DNA of 24,000 nt from the NCBI GenBank assembly GCA_017521565.1, contig JAFXCE010000033.1, positions 31,920-55,919 of the forward strand, given 5' to 3'. Position 1 is the stretch's first letter; every line of letters starts with the position of its first letter. The notes beneath the pieces are model-generated. The model was not told where the DNA came from and did no database searches. It saw only the letters and a list, made by a program, of their open reading frames with translations. Made by a program: the position numbers and the translations under genes. Shown here piece by piece: positions 1 to 7,830 of the stretch. The stretch is from Clostridia bacterium. Lineage in GTDB: Bacteria; Bacillota; Clostridia; Christensenellales; Aristaeellaceae.

Positions 1-1328
1 AATACAATGCTGTCCGCGCCTTGCGCCTGAGCAATCTCGGTTACGGCGCGATGATAGTCCTTATGATAATTGCCGGCTGCAGAGAAAATTGAACTCCAGC
101 ATCCCACCATCATCATTGTCAACGCGCCGGCTGCACAGGATAAGCGAACGAACCGGATGAGCGTGCGCTGCTTCTGGGTACTGGCGGCAAACACAATGCC
201 TGCTGCAGCCATCAGCGGCACATAGCCAATCAGATGATAGCGGGCAGAGGTGACCGTGATTTGCTGAATAAAAAGGTTCCACATGAAAATTCCGCTCAGC
301 GCCGCGCTGGCATAGCAGAGAAGTCCAATTGATTCGCCGCTTTCTTGGCGTCTGCTTTTGCCAAACCAGCCCTTTAGCCCCTGCAGCCCCAGAAACAGCA
401 TGCAGAGGAGGAAGGATAGCCGGACCACATACATGATGCCGCCCAGCGTATACAGGCTGGTATCCTCCAAAGGAAGCGCCCTTGCCAGGCGCAGAAGATG
501 CGTCAGATTGTCAGCGAGATGGGAGAAAAACTTATCCGCCGTGACTATATTCAGCGCATCGGCGTATGTGGAAAGGCCGAGCACTTTCTGCAGCGCATAT
601 CCAATGAGTGTTGCGAGGATGGCTGCGATTACGACCGCGATCTTCTGAACATGGCGCCGGATATGTTCATCGCGCAGGATGAATATTGCGCTGCAGGCCA
701 TCACCGGGAACAGACCGCACAGGAAAACATACAGGCCGCTGGAAACTGCGGTCAGGAAAGCCGTGGCGCAAAAGGCCAGAAGCTCCAGAACCCACCCGGC
801 TTTTTTCCATGAACGCTGCGGTGCAGTGAGCAGTTCCAGCATCCAAAGCGGAACGAGCGTTTTGTATATGTATTGCGCCGCTCCGTAAAAGAGCATGTTT
901 GCGTAGCTGAGCATGCCCAGTTCAAGCGGAATCAGGATGACCGAAATCGTCATGTATGCGTATCTGCCGCGTAAGCCCAGATTCTTAAACAGCTTGAGCA
1001 GGATCCAGGAGAAAAAGAATACGTGGATGACATTGGCGATTGCAAAGGACAGCAGGATGTTGCCCGTCATCCCGTAAAACAGCAGCGCCGGAAGGGCGGA
1101 ACAGTCCCATTCTGCTGTTGTCATGTATTTCCATCCTGGAATCAGCAGTGTTTTTTCTTCCCACATGCGCATCGTGTGGTACAGCACTTTGGCTGAATCG
1201 TGATCATTGACGTACTGATAATGAAAATTCAGCCATCCCCACAGAAGGATCTGAATAATCAGGAATGCGCCGAAGATAAAATCCCAGGCCGGTTTCCTTG
1301 TCGGTGTCTGCTTTCGGATATGCTTCAT
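1..1328 (-). CDS. polytopic integral membrane protein; only the 5' part is in the window because the ORF runs off the left edge; possibly a GT-C-type glycosyltransferase-like protein
   Basis: My own minus-strand translation from ATG 1328-1326 (MKHIRKQTPTRKPAWDFIFGAFLIIQILLWGW...) stays open for 442 codons to position 1. It is absent from the ORF track because no stop lies in the window. AAAGGA sits 7 nt upstream of the ATG. There are many hydrophobic segments. An acidic NDHD motif in the first predicted external loop is GT-C-like, but the family call is a guess. Confidence 0.6.
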   Translation of the reverse strand, partial: MKHIRKQTPTRKPAWDFIFGAFLIIQILLWGWLNFHYQYVNDHDSAKVLYHTMRMWEEKTLLIPGWKYMTTAEWDCSALPALLFYGMTGNILLSFAIANVIHVFFFSWILLKLFKNLGLRGRYAYMTISVILIPLELGMLSYANMLFYGAAQYIYKTLVPLWMLELLTAPQRSWKKAGWVLELLAFCATAFLTAVSSGLYVFLCGLFPVMACSAIFILRDEHIRRHVQKIAVVIAAILATLIGYALQKVLGLSTYADALNIVTADKFFSHLADNLTHLLRLARALPLEDTSLYTLGGIMYVVRLSFLLCMLFLGLQGLKGWFGKSRRQESGESIGLLCYASAALSGIFMWNLFIQQITVTSARYHLIGYVPLMAAAGIVFAASTQKQRTLIRFVRLSCAAGALTMMMVGCWSSIFSAAGNYHKDYHRAVTEIAQAQGADSIV

Positions 1329-1380
1329 TGGGTAGTCCTTTCTTGAATATGTTATCTGCTGAGTATATATAACTATGTAA

Positions 1381-1409
1381 AAGATACAACAATACACTGT
1401 TGGTGTCAA
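1381..1409 (-). promoter_or_regulatory. candidate sigma-A promoter for the 1..1328 gene
   Basis: On the minus strand: TTGACA (1409-1404), 17-nt spacer, TATCTT (1386-1381), about 50 nt upstream of the ATG. Confidence 0.3.
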
Positions 1410-1517
1410 GGCAGACATATTGTTTCACAGCGCATGACGGGATACGAAGCGTCGTTTTCTGTGCGGCATCGGTCAGCCGTGCGGATAAAGACATAAGAGA
1501 TGTGGATGCCGGCAGCA

Positions 1518-1561
1518 TAAAAAACACGAACCGGAAACATGCTCATTCCGGTTCGTGTTTT
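1518..1561. terminator. intrinsic terminator (bidirectional hairpin) downstream of the 1629..2306 gene
   Basis: Perfect 14-bp stem AACACGAACCGGAA (1523-1536) / TTCCGGTTCGTGTT (1546-1559) with a 9-nt loop. An A-run on the left gives a T-run for the minus-strand transcript; TTTT lies on the right. Confidence 0.7.
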
Positions 1562-1628
1562 GTGCTGTGAAAACCAACCATTATGCGGTTTAAGCGGAGA
1601 TCGGGCTGTGGGGGACGAAGATGGAACG

Positions 1629-2306
1629 TTACTTAAGCGTGGTCGTCCAATCGTCTTTGACGCGTCCGCTTCGTGTCTGCTGACACCATTTGGAGAACTT
1701 ATTCTCAACGTCGACATCCGTCAGACCGCTCTGACCTTCTTTCAGAAGACCAAAGGTAACGGGCCCCTTAAGTCCGGCGGAAGCAAGCGCATTAAGTGCG
1801 GCTTCCATATTCTGGGTTGTAAAGGCGCCTGCTTCAGAAGGCGGGAAGGCAAGGTACATGCCAATGCTGCCGCTCTTCTTGGAAAGGAATTCATCGAGCG
1901 TGGGCGTCGTGCTGATCGTCTCCTTGTCCAGAGACCAGATTTTGATGAGCACTTTTGCCTGAGGAAGAACAGAGGCGAGCGCATCTTCAACGGCGGCACG
2001 CGCGGGAGCGCGCAGTTTGAGCGAATAATACGTATCGTAGTAGGGATAGGGCGTCAGGTTTTTGTCGTAAAAGACACGGAAAAGAGCGTCGGGTTCGTTG
2101 CCAGGGCGGACAATCGCATAAGCACCGTCTCCGCCATAATGCGTGGCGGTAACTTTAAGATCCTCGCCCGGGTAGGTGGCTGCCAGATAAGCCGGGACAT
2201 CGGTCATCTGCGTATTCTTAGTAAAGCCTTGCCAGAGATTTCTTGCGCAAATCAGTGTGACAACAATGAGTGAAATTGTTCTTAAAATCCCCATACGTTT
2301 CTTCAT
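1629..2306 (-). CDS. hypothetical exported or membrane-anchored protein (225 aa)
   Basis: ORF-track ORF. GGGAGGAG SD lies just upstream of ATG 2306. The N-terminus MKKRMGILRTISLIVVTLICARNL looks like a signal anchor. A terminator follows the TAA stop. I recognise no family. Confidence 0.75.
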   Translation of the reverse strand: MKKRMGILRTISLIVVTLICARNLWQGFTKNTQMTDVPAYLAATYPGEDLKVTATHYGGDGAYAIVRPGNEPDALFRVFYDKNLTPYPYYDTYYSLKLRAPARAAVEDALASVLPQAKVLIKIWSLDKETISTTPTLDEFLSKKSGSIGMYLAFPPSEAGAFTTQNMEAALNALASAGLKGPVTFGLLKEGQSGLTDVDVENKFSKWCQQTRSGRVKDDWTTTLK

Positions 2307-2408
2307 TTTCTCCTCCCGATAGAATGGGTAATGAATTACTAGTGGATATTAGGTGATGAATACAATCAACGAGCACAGATTTTAAAGGTTTTGTCGATCG
2401 GCGGTTAT

Positions 2409-2437
2409 TTGGCAATCTTAGTTAGATTTTCTAAGAT
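2409..2437 (+). promoter_or_regulatory. candidate sigma-A promoter upstream of the EssC-like gene
   Basis: TTGGCA (2409-2414), 17-nt spacer, TAAGAT (2432-2437), in the AT-rich 183-bp divergent intergenic region. Confidence 0.3.
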
Positions 2438-2489
2438 GACAGTACTCTTGATAGTGTTAAGAACATTAGTAGCGCTAAGATAGTACTCT

Positions 2490-5400
2490 ATGGGCGGACA
2501 GCCTGAGAATGTTGAGCTCGATTGTGTGATCAGCTACGCGGATATCAACGGTGCGCAGTTCACGAAGACGCTCTACTTCGATACCGAGCGGTTTACATGG
2601 GCAAAGTGGCTGCGGCATTGCTGCAACGAGGATAGCACGCTGCGCAATGTGGTCTATGACGAAGAGAGCGCCAAAGTCCAGCTGGAAAGGCTGTATCATG
2701 AGCTGTCTACGCGCAGTGAACATGAAAAGCAGGAGGATGAGGGCTGGCCCCGCCATATTGTGGTATTCGTTTACAGAAGCGAATACATCAGAAATCATCC
2801 GGTATCCCAGTATTTCGAGAAGAGCGGCGCTTTGGGCGTAAACTTCATCTTCTTTGAAGAGTATGAAGAGCTTGTGCCGCGTGGCTGCAGAGAGATGATC
2901 TACCTGGACAACGACGAGAGGACCGGCAGACTGGTACTTTGCGAAAAGGACGATCTGCGCCAGTCGTTCAGTTATCAGTCCATTGCAGACGATACGCTGA
3001 TGGCCATTGCCAAAAAGACATTCCCGATTCATGTTGTCGAGGCTACGCTTGAAGGCGATATGACCAAGAACATCTCGCTCCTTGAACTCCTTGGCGTAGG
3101 CACCGTTGAGCAGCTTAATGTGAAAGAGCGCTGGGAATCCTCGCGTGTACATAAGAGCATGAGCGTGCCGCTGGGCGTCAAGACCAAGAATGATATTGTA
3201 AGCCTTGATCTGCATGAAAAATACCATGGTCCGCACGGCCTTGTTGCGGGTACGACAGGCTCGGGCAAATCGGAAATTCTGCAGAGCTATATTTTGAGCA
3301 TGGCGATTCATTTCCATCCACATGAAGTCGGATTCCTGATCATCGACTTCAAGGGCGGCGGCATGGCCAATCAGTTTGAGGATTTGCCGCATTTGATTGG
3401 TACGATCACAAACATTGAAGGCCGAGAAGTGGACCGTTCTCTGAAGGCGATTAAAGCAGAGCTGCTTCGTCGGCAGAAGCTGTTTGCAGAGGTGGACGTC
3501 AACCAGATTGATAAGTACATTCTTCTGCACAAGCAGAATCCGGAAAAGGCGCCGGTTCCGCTGCCGCATCTGATCATGATTGTCGACGAATTCGCCGAAC
3601 TGAAAGCTGAGTATCCGGATTTCATGAAAGAGCTGATCTCCGCAGCTCGAATCGGCCGAAGCCTTGGTGTTCACCTGATTCTGGCTACGCAGAAACCGTC
3701 CGGCGTCGTCGATGACCAGATCTGGTCCAACAGTAAGTTCAAGCTCTGTCTTAAGGTGCAGACGCATGCGGACAGTAAAGAGGTTATCCGCACGCCGCTG
3801 GCTGCGGAGATCCGTGAACCCGGCCGCGCATATCTGCAGGTGGGCAATAATGAAATCTTTGAACTCTTCCAGTCAGCGTATAGCGGCGCGAAGGTCAGGA
3901 TTGGCAGCGCAGGCGTTCAGCGAAAGTTTGCGATTTCTGAGCTGAATCTCTGGGGCAAGGGCGAAGTGGTATTCTCTAACAAGAAGAGCGGAGATGATGA
4001 TCATAACACTTCCACAGAGCTGGTCGAAATTGTCAAGCATATCAAGTCGGTTTGCGAAAAGCTGAGCGTGGAACGTCTGCCCAAGATCTGTATGGCGCCG
4101 CTGGCGAATACCATCATGCTGAACAGCATCCCGCAGCCTGTGCTTGAGGATGAAGGGCTGCATGTCGTGCTGGGCGTATATGATGATCCAGACAACCAGC
4201 TCCAGGAAGCGCTGACGATGGATCTTTCTTCCAGCAATACGTACATCATCGGCTCTGCGCAAATGGGCAAGACATCGCTGCTTCAGACCATGATTGTGTC
4301 GATGGCTTCCCGCTATTCTGCTGGTTATGTAAATGTGTATGTTGTGGATGGTTCCAGCAGCATCACAAAGAACATGGAGAAGGCCAATATCATTGGCGGT
4401 ATCGCTTATCTGGATGAGGAAGAGCGTATTCTTAACCTTCTCCAGATGATCCAGAATGAGATCAAGGCGCGCAAGGTAAGGTTTAACGGCGCCAATGTCA
4501 GCAGCTTCAGAGCGTATCTGGAGGCCGGCTATACCGACTTGCCGCATATTGTGCTGATGATGGATAATATCGTTGCCTTCAAAGAGTATTATCCCAATCT
4601 CTACGATGAGTATATGCAGCTGACCCGCGAAGGCTTGAGCGCAGGCATCAATGTTGTGATTACATCTGCGCAGTTCTCTGCGGTGGGTATGCGTATTCTC
4701 ACCGGATTCGGCAATCGACTGGCATTGAACTGCAATGATTCCGGTGAATACTCTTCGCTGTTTGAACGGTGCCGGATGCAGCCGGCAGACACGCCCGGCC
4801 GTGGCTTGTTTATGCGTGAAAAGCGTATTCTCGAATACCAGACGGCGCTGGCGGTGGAAGGCGAAACCGAAAAGCAGCGCAATGAACGTCTGGAAGAGCT
4901 CCTGATCAGCTTTGCGCCGCTGTCGGGCAATGTGCGCGCGAAGCGGATTCCGGTTGTGCCGGAGAAGGTTTACGCAGACGAGTTCTATGCCGATTACAAG
5001 GCGTCCAGACGCTACATGGTCCCGCTTGGCATCAGCTACAACTCGGTCAAAACGGTTGAAATGGATCTGCTGGAAACCGGCATTCTGCCGATTATGGGCA
5101 GGGGAAAAATGGGCAAAACCAACTTCCTCTCTCATGTGCTCCAGTATATTCAGAGAACCACACTGGAAAACCGTACGGAGGCCTATATCATCGACAGCGT
5201 GGAAGCGCCGCATGAGGCAGCGTCGGATAACTTTGGATTCATTGAACGCTATACGATTGATATCACAGAGGTTCAGGACATTCTCAGCGATATCATTGAT
5301 GAGCTTGAAGCGCGTCAGCAGTATATCATTGATCATCGCAAGGAGAAGAGCGAGAGCGAGCTGCTGAGCCAGTTCCCGCTCATTCTGCTGGCGATCGAGA

Positions 5401-5726
5401 ATCCGGAGTTCTGCGCAGAAGCATCCCGTTCTGCGGATACGATGAAGCTGTTCAGCAGACTGCAGAAGCTCCTGCGGTTCAAGTGCTGTGTGCTGATCAA
5501 CAATGTCGAGAACGTATCCGCCATTGGCGCGGCAGAAATGTACAAGCGCCTGAGGGATGGAAAGCAGGCGATGCTCTTTGATGATCTGGCCAATAATAAG
5601 CTGCTGGATAATATCACCATCAAGGTGATCAATTCGTATCCGAAGCCGCTTATCCCGGGCGATATGTACATTTACCGCAATGGTTCCATTGTGGATAAGA
5701 TCCGTACAGTGATTGCAGAGGATTAA
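2490..5726 (+). CDS. essC: EssC/EccC-type FtsK/SpoIIIE-family ATPase with three P-loop domains, lacking the N-terminal FHA and TM regions (orphan; possibly a 5'-truncated relic)
   Basis: D1 has HGPHGLVAGTTGSGKSE (Walker A), HLIMIVDEFAELK (Walker B) and LGVHLILATQKPSGVVDDQIWSNSKFKLCLKV. D2 has GSAQMGKTS. D3 has GRGKMGKTN. The long motif string is near-identical to firmicute EssC as I remember it. An in-frame TAG at 2481-2483 closes the frame 6 nt before the ATG, and there is no SD. Confidence 0.88.
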   Translation: MGGQPENVELDCVISYADINGAQFTKTLYFDTERFTWAKWLRHCCNEDSTLRNVVYDEESAKVQLERLYHELSTRSEHEKQEDEGWPRHIVVFVYRSEYIRNHPVSQYFEKSGALGVNFIFFEEYEELVPRGCREMIYLDNDERTGRLVLCEKDDLRQSFSYQSIADDTLMAIAKKTFPIHVVEATLEGDMTKNISLLELLGVGTVEQLNVKERWESSRVHKSMSVPLGVKTKNDIVSLDLHEKYHGPHGLVAGTTGSGKSEILQSYILSMAIHFHPHEVGFLIIDFKGGGMANQFEDLPHLIGTITNIEGREVDRSLKAIKAELLRRQKLFAEVDVNQIDKYILLHKQNPEKAPVPLPHLIMIVDEFAELKAEYPDFMKELISAARIGRSLGVHLILATQKPSGVVDDQIWSNSKFKLCLKVQTHADSKEVIRTPLAAEIREPGRAYLQVGNNEIFELFQSAYSGAKVRIGSAGVQRKFAISELNLWGKGEVVFSNKKSGDDDHNTSTELVEIVKHIKSVCEKLSVERLPKICMAPLANTIMLNSIPQPVLEDEGLHVVLGVYDDPDNQLQEALTMDLSSSNTYIIGSAQMGKTSLLQTMIVSMASRYSAGYVNVYVVDGSSSITKNMEKANIIGGIAYLDEEERILNLLQMIQNEIKARKVRFNGANVSSFRAYLEAGYTDLPHIVLMMDNIVAFKEYYPNLYDEYMQLTREGLSAGINVVITSAQFSAVGMRILTGFGNRLALNCNDSGEYSSLFERCRMQPADTPGRGLFMREKRILEYQTALAVEGETEKQRNERLEELLISFAPLSGNVRAKRIPVVPEKVYADEFYADYKASRRYMVPLGISYNSVKTVEMDLLETGILPIMGRGKMGKTNFLSHVLQYIQRTTLENRTEAYIIDSVEAPHEAASDNFGFIERYTIDITEVQDILSDIIDELEARQQYIIDHRKEKSESELLSQFPLILLAIENPEFCAEASRSADTMKLFSRLQKLLRFKCCVLINNVENVSAIGAAEMYKRLRDGKQAMLFDDLANNKLLDNITIKVINSYPKPLIPGDMYIYRNGSIVDKIRTVIAED

Positions 5727-5838
5727 GCGGAAGGGCTTAAGCACTCCGGCGTGATGGTTGTCATGGATGAGACCGCTGACATGCCGAATCTGAATTGAAA
5801 AGAGCAGAAAGACTCTGCTGCAGAAATCAGATGCAATG

Positions 5839-5885
5839 ATGCAGCCTTACTCCTGATCCTTGAGGGAGCAAGGCTGCATTTTTAT
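5839..5885 (+). terminator. intrinsic terminator after the EssC-like gene
   Basis: Stem ATGCAGCCTT (5839-5848) / AAGGCTGCAT (5870-5879) with inner CTCC/GGAG pairing, followed by a TTTTT run. Confidence 0.6.
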
Positions 5886-5911
5886 CGCTTCATCCCGGGA
5901 ATACAGCTGAC

Positions 5912-5940
5912 TTGCCGCGATGGACAATGTATGTTACAAT
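5912..5940 (+). promoter_or_regulatory. candidate sigma-A promoter with extended -10
   Basis: TTGCCG (5912-5917), 17-nt spacer ending in TGt, TACAAT (5935-5940). It lies inside the 5' extension of the track ORF, which argues for the ATG at 5972 as the true start. Confidence 0.45.
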
Positions 5941-5971
5941 GAATGCAGCGATTTATACGGGAGATAAAAGC

Positions 5972-6730
5972 ATGAGAGAGTTTTTTATACACTTCTTTGG
6001 AGAGGGTACTGAGCCGGAGTTTGCGCTGTTTACGCCGGCGCATTTTGCGCCTGTTTTGCTGATGATCGTGCTGATTCTGCTGATCAGACGCTGCCGGGAG
6101 CAGATTCGCCGCAGCAGACATGAGGAAACGCTGCGCTATATGCTGGCTTTTGCGCTGATCATTTCGGATATGTCTTATTATTGGCGGCTTGTAGGCGCGT
6201 CGTGGCTGCCGCATGGTCCGGTAGAGAATCTGCCCATCGGCGTGTGCGGCTGGGCGGTCATTTTCTGCAGCTATATGCTGGTTGGAAAGAAGCAGGCCTT
6301 GTTTGATATCAGCTATTTCTGGCTGCTGTCCGGTTCGCTGTTTGCGCTGATCACACCTACGCCGCTGACCTATACCGGCATCACGCGTTTCCGCTATTAT
6401 CAGTTCTGGATGGAGCATACGCTGGGGTACGTCGCTATTTTTTACATGATCTTTGTTCATGGCATGAGGCCGACCGTGAAATCGGCGTTCAGATCGTATG
6501 CAGCGCTGCTCATGATGGCGGTGATTGCGTATCTGGTCAACCGGATGATCCCCGGTGCAAACTATCTGTACATGGCCCGGCCGGAGGCGGCGCCGTCCGT
6601 GCTGGATATTCTGCCGCCGGATTTCCTGCTCCGTTCAAGCATTATCGTATTGGTGATCACCGTGATGTATGTGCTGGCATATCTGCCATGGTGGATCGCT
6701 GACCAGCGCAAAAAGACATTGACAAAATGA
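5972..6730 (+). CDS. TIGR02206 / YwaF-like integral membrane protein
   Basis: The track ORF 5912..6730 starts at TTG. I prefer ATG 5972 (MREFFIHFFGEGTEPEFALFTPAHF...) because GGGAGA lies 8 nt upstream. It is multi-pass hydrophobic. The N-terminal pattern matches my memory of the TIGR02206 family. Confidence 0.7.
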   Translation: MREFFIHFFGEGTEPEFALFTPAHFAPVLLMIVLILLIRRCREQIRRSRHEETLRYMLAFALIISDMSYYWRLVGASWLPHGPVENLPIGVCGWAVIFCSYMLVGKKQALFDISYFWLLSGSLFALITPTPLTYTGITRFRYYQFWMEHTLGYVAIFYMIFVHGMRPTVKSAFRSYAALLMMAVIAYLVNRMIPGANYLYMARPEAAPSVLDILPPDFLLRSSIIVLVITVMYVLAYLPWWIADQRKKTLTK

Positions 6731-6742
6731 GAATAACACGGG

Positions 6743-6771
6743 GCGCAGATTCGAAAGAGTCTGTGCTTTTT
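6743..6771 (+). terminator. intrinsic terminator
   Basis: 10-bp stem GCGCAGATTC / GAGTCTGTGC (two G-U pairs), GAAA tetraloop, then TTTTT (6767-6771). Confidence 0.65.
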
Positions 6772-6812
6772 GCTGTGCAGGGGCTGCAGCAAAGGGGTAC
6801 GGATAAGCGAAC

Positions 6813-6841
6813 TTGCCAACGCCGTATAAATCCGATATACT
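6813..6841 (+). promoter_or_regulatory. candidate sigma-A promoter
   Basis: TTGCCA (6813-6818), 17-nt spacer, TATACT (6836-6841), 35 nt upstream of the 6876 start. Confidence 0.45.
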
Positions 6842-6875
6842 GAATCATACAAAGACAAAACAGGAGGAATAATGA

Positions 6876-7709
6876 GTGATGTTTGCGCAGAAGGAATGGA
6901 GCGGCGTAATCAGATGCGCGGGACTCATCCTGCCGGCGACGGCACTGGGGATGTTGGCGATGGTATCCGGCGGTGTATCTCCCGTGATATGGGGACAGCA
7001 GACTGCGGCATTTTTCGTGTTTGCCTGCCTGGCGAAGCTGCTGAAGCGTGCCTTTCGGAAGATCCCTGTTGCCATGCGTGCAGCGGCTCTGGCGCTGATT
7101 CTGGCGGCGACGCTGCTGGGCGTAGAGGCTGGCGGTGCAAAACGCTGGCTGGATCTGGGGGTGTTCACCGTCAATGCGGCGATGATGGTTCTTCCTGCGC
7201 TGCTCATCCTGATCAGCGGCATGGAGTGCCCGTGGCCTGTGATGCTTTGTGTGATGGCGGTGCTGTCGTTTCAGCCGGATCTGTCTCAGCTGGCGGCGTT
7301 TTCTGCTGCGGTGCTTCCTGTTTTGTGGCGGTATAGAGAACGGCGGGTTTGGAGCGCAGCGAGCCTTCTCCTGATGGTGCTCTGTATGATTTGGTGTGTG
7401 GCTGCGCCGACTGCACTTGAACCGGTATCCTATTCCGAGGGTGTTCTTCCAATGCTGGGCGGCATATCCGTCCTGCTGCTGGCGGGCGGTTGTCTTGCGC
7501 TGGCACTGATCCCCGGGATGATGGCATATCGCTTTTGCAGAAAGGGTGAAACGCGGCTGCTCAGCCTTGCTGTATATTATGGAATCCTCCTCCTCTTCTC
7601 GTTCACGGGCGCGTATCCGGTTCCGTTCATGGGATTCGGCCTTTCGCCGTTTGCCGGATACTGGCTTGCCTGGATGTGCCTGCCGGAGGAAGAGGGACGC
7701 AGGTTTTGA
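6876..7709 (+). CDS. shortened SEDS (RodA/FtsW/SpoVE)-like polytopic membrane protein lacking the canonical catalytic-loop motifs
   Basis: AGGAGG (6862-6867) lies 8 nt before GTG 6876 (ATG at 6879). GGAKRWLDLG matches RodA GAQRWLDLG. SFQPDLSQ matches AAQPDLGT. YPVPFMGFGLS resembles VPLPLVSYGGS. At 277 aa it is shorter than RodA (370 aa in E. coli); FQPSE is replaced by FTVNA and I see no HTDF-type loop. Confidence 0.7.
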   Translation: MMFAQKEWSGVIRCAGLILPATALGMLAMVSGGVSPVIWGQQTAAFFVFACLAKLLKRAFRKIPVAMRAAALALILAATLLGVEAGGAKRWLDLGVFTVNAAMMVLPALLILISGMECPWPVMLCVMAVLSFQPDLSQLAAFSAAVLPVLWRYRERRVWSAASLLLMVLCMIWCVAAPTALEPVSYSEGVLPMLGGISVLLLAGGCLALALIPGMMAYRFCRKGETRLLSLAVYYGILLLFSFTGAYPVPFMGFGLSPFAGYWLAWMCLPEEEGRRF

Positions 7710-7830
7710 TGCTTCGTATGATCACATGCTGTATAAATTGTGATCGTGATATAGGAACTGTGTAAAGGAATTTTGTGCGTTATATCGAATTTATCCGATA
7801 AACGAAAGACAATGAATGGAGAAGGAGTGA

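Noticed and set aside
2475-5744. Long minus-strand ORFs (2475..3767, 430 aa; 3873..5744, 623 aa) opposite the EssC-like gene
   Set aside because: They are R/H/L-rich shadow frames typical of the antisense of GC-rich genes. They have no motifs, whereas the plus strand carries unmistakable FtsK/EssC motifs.
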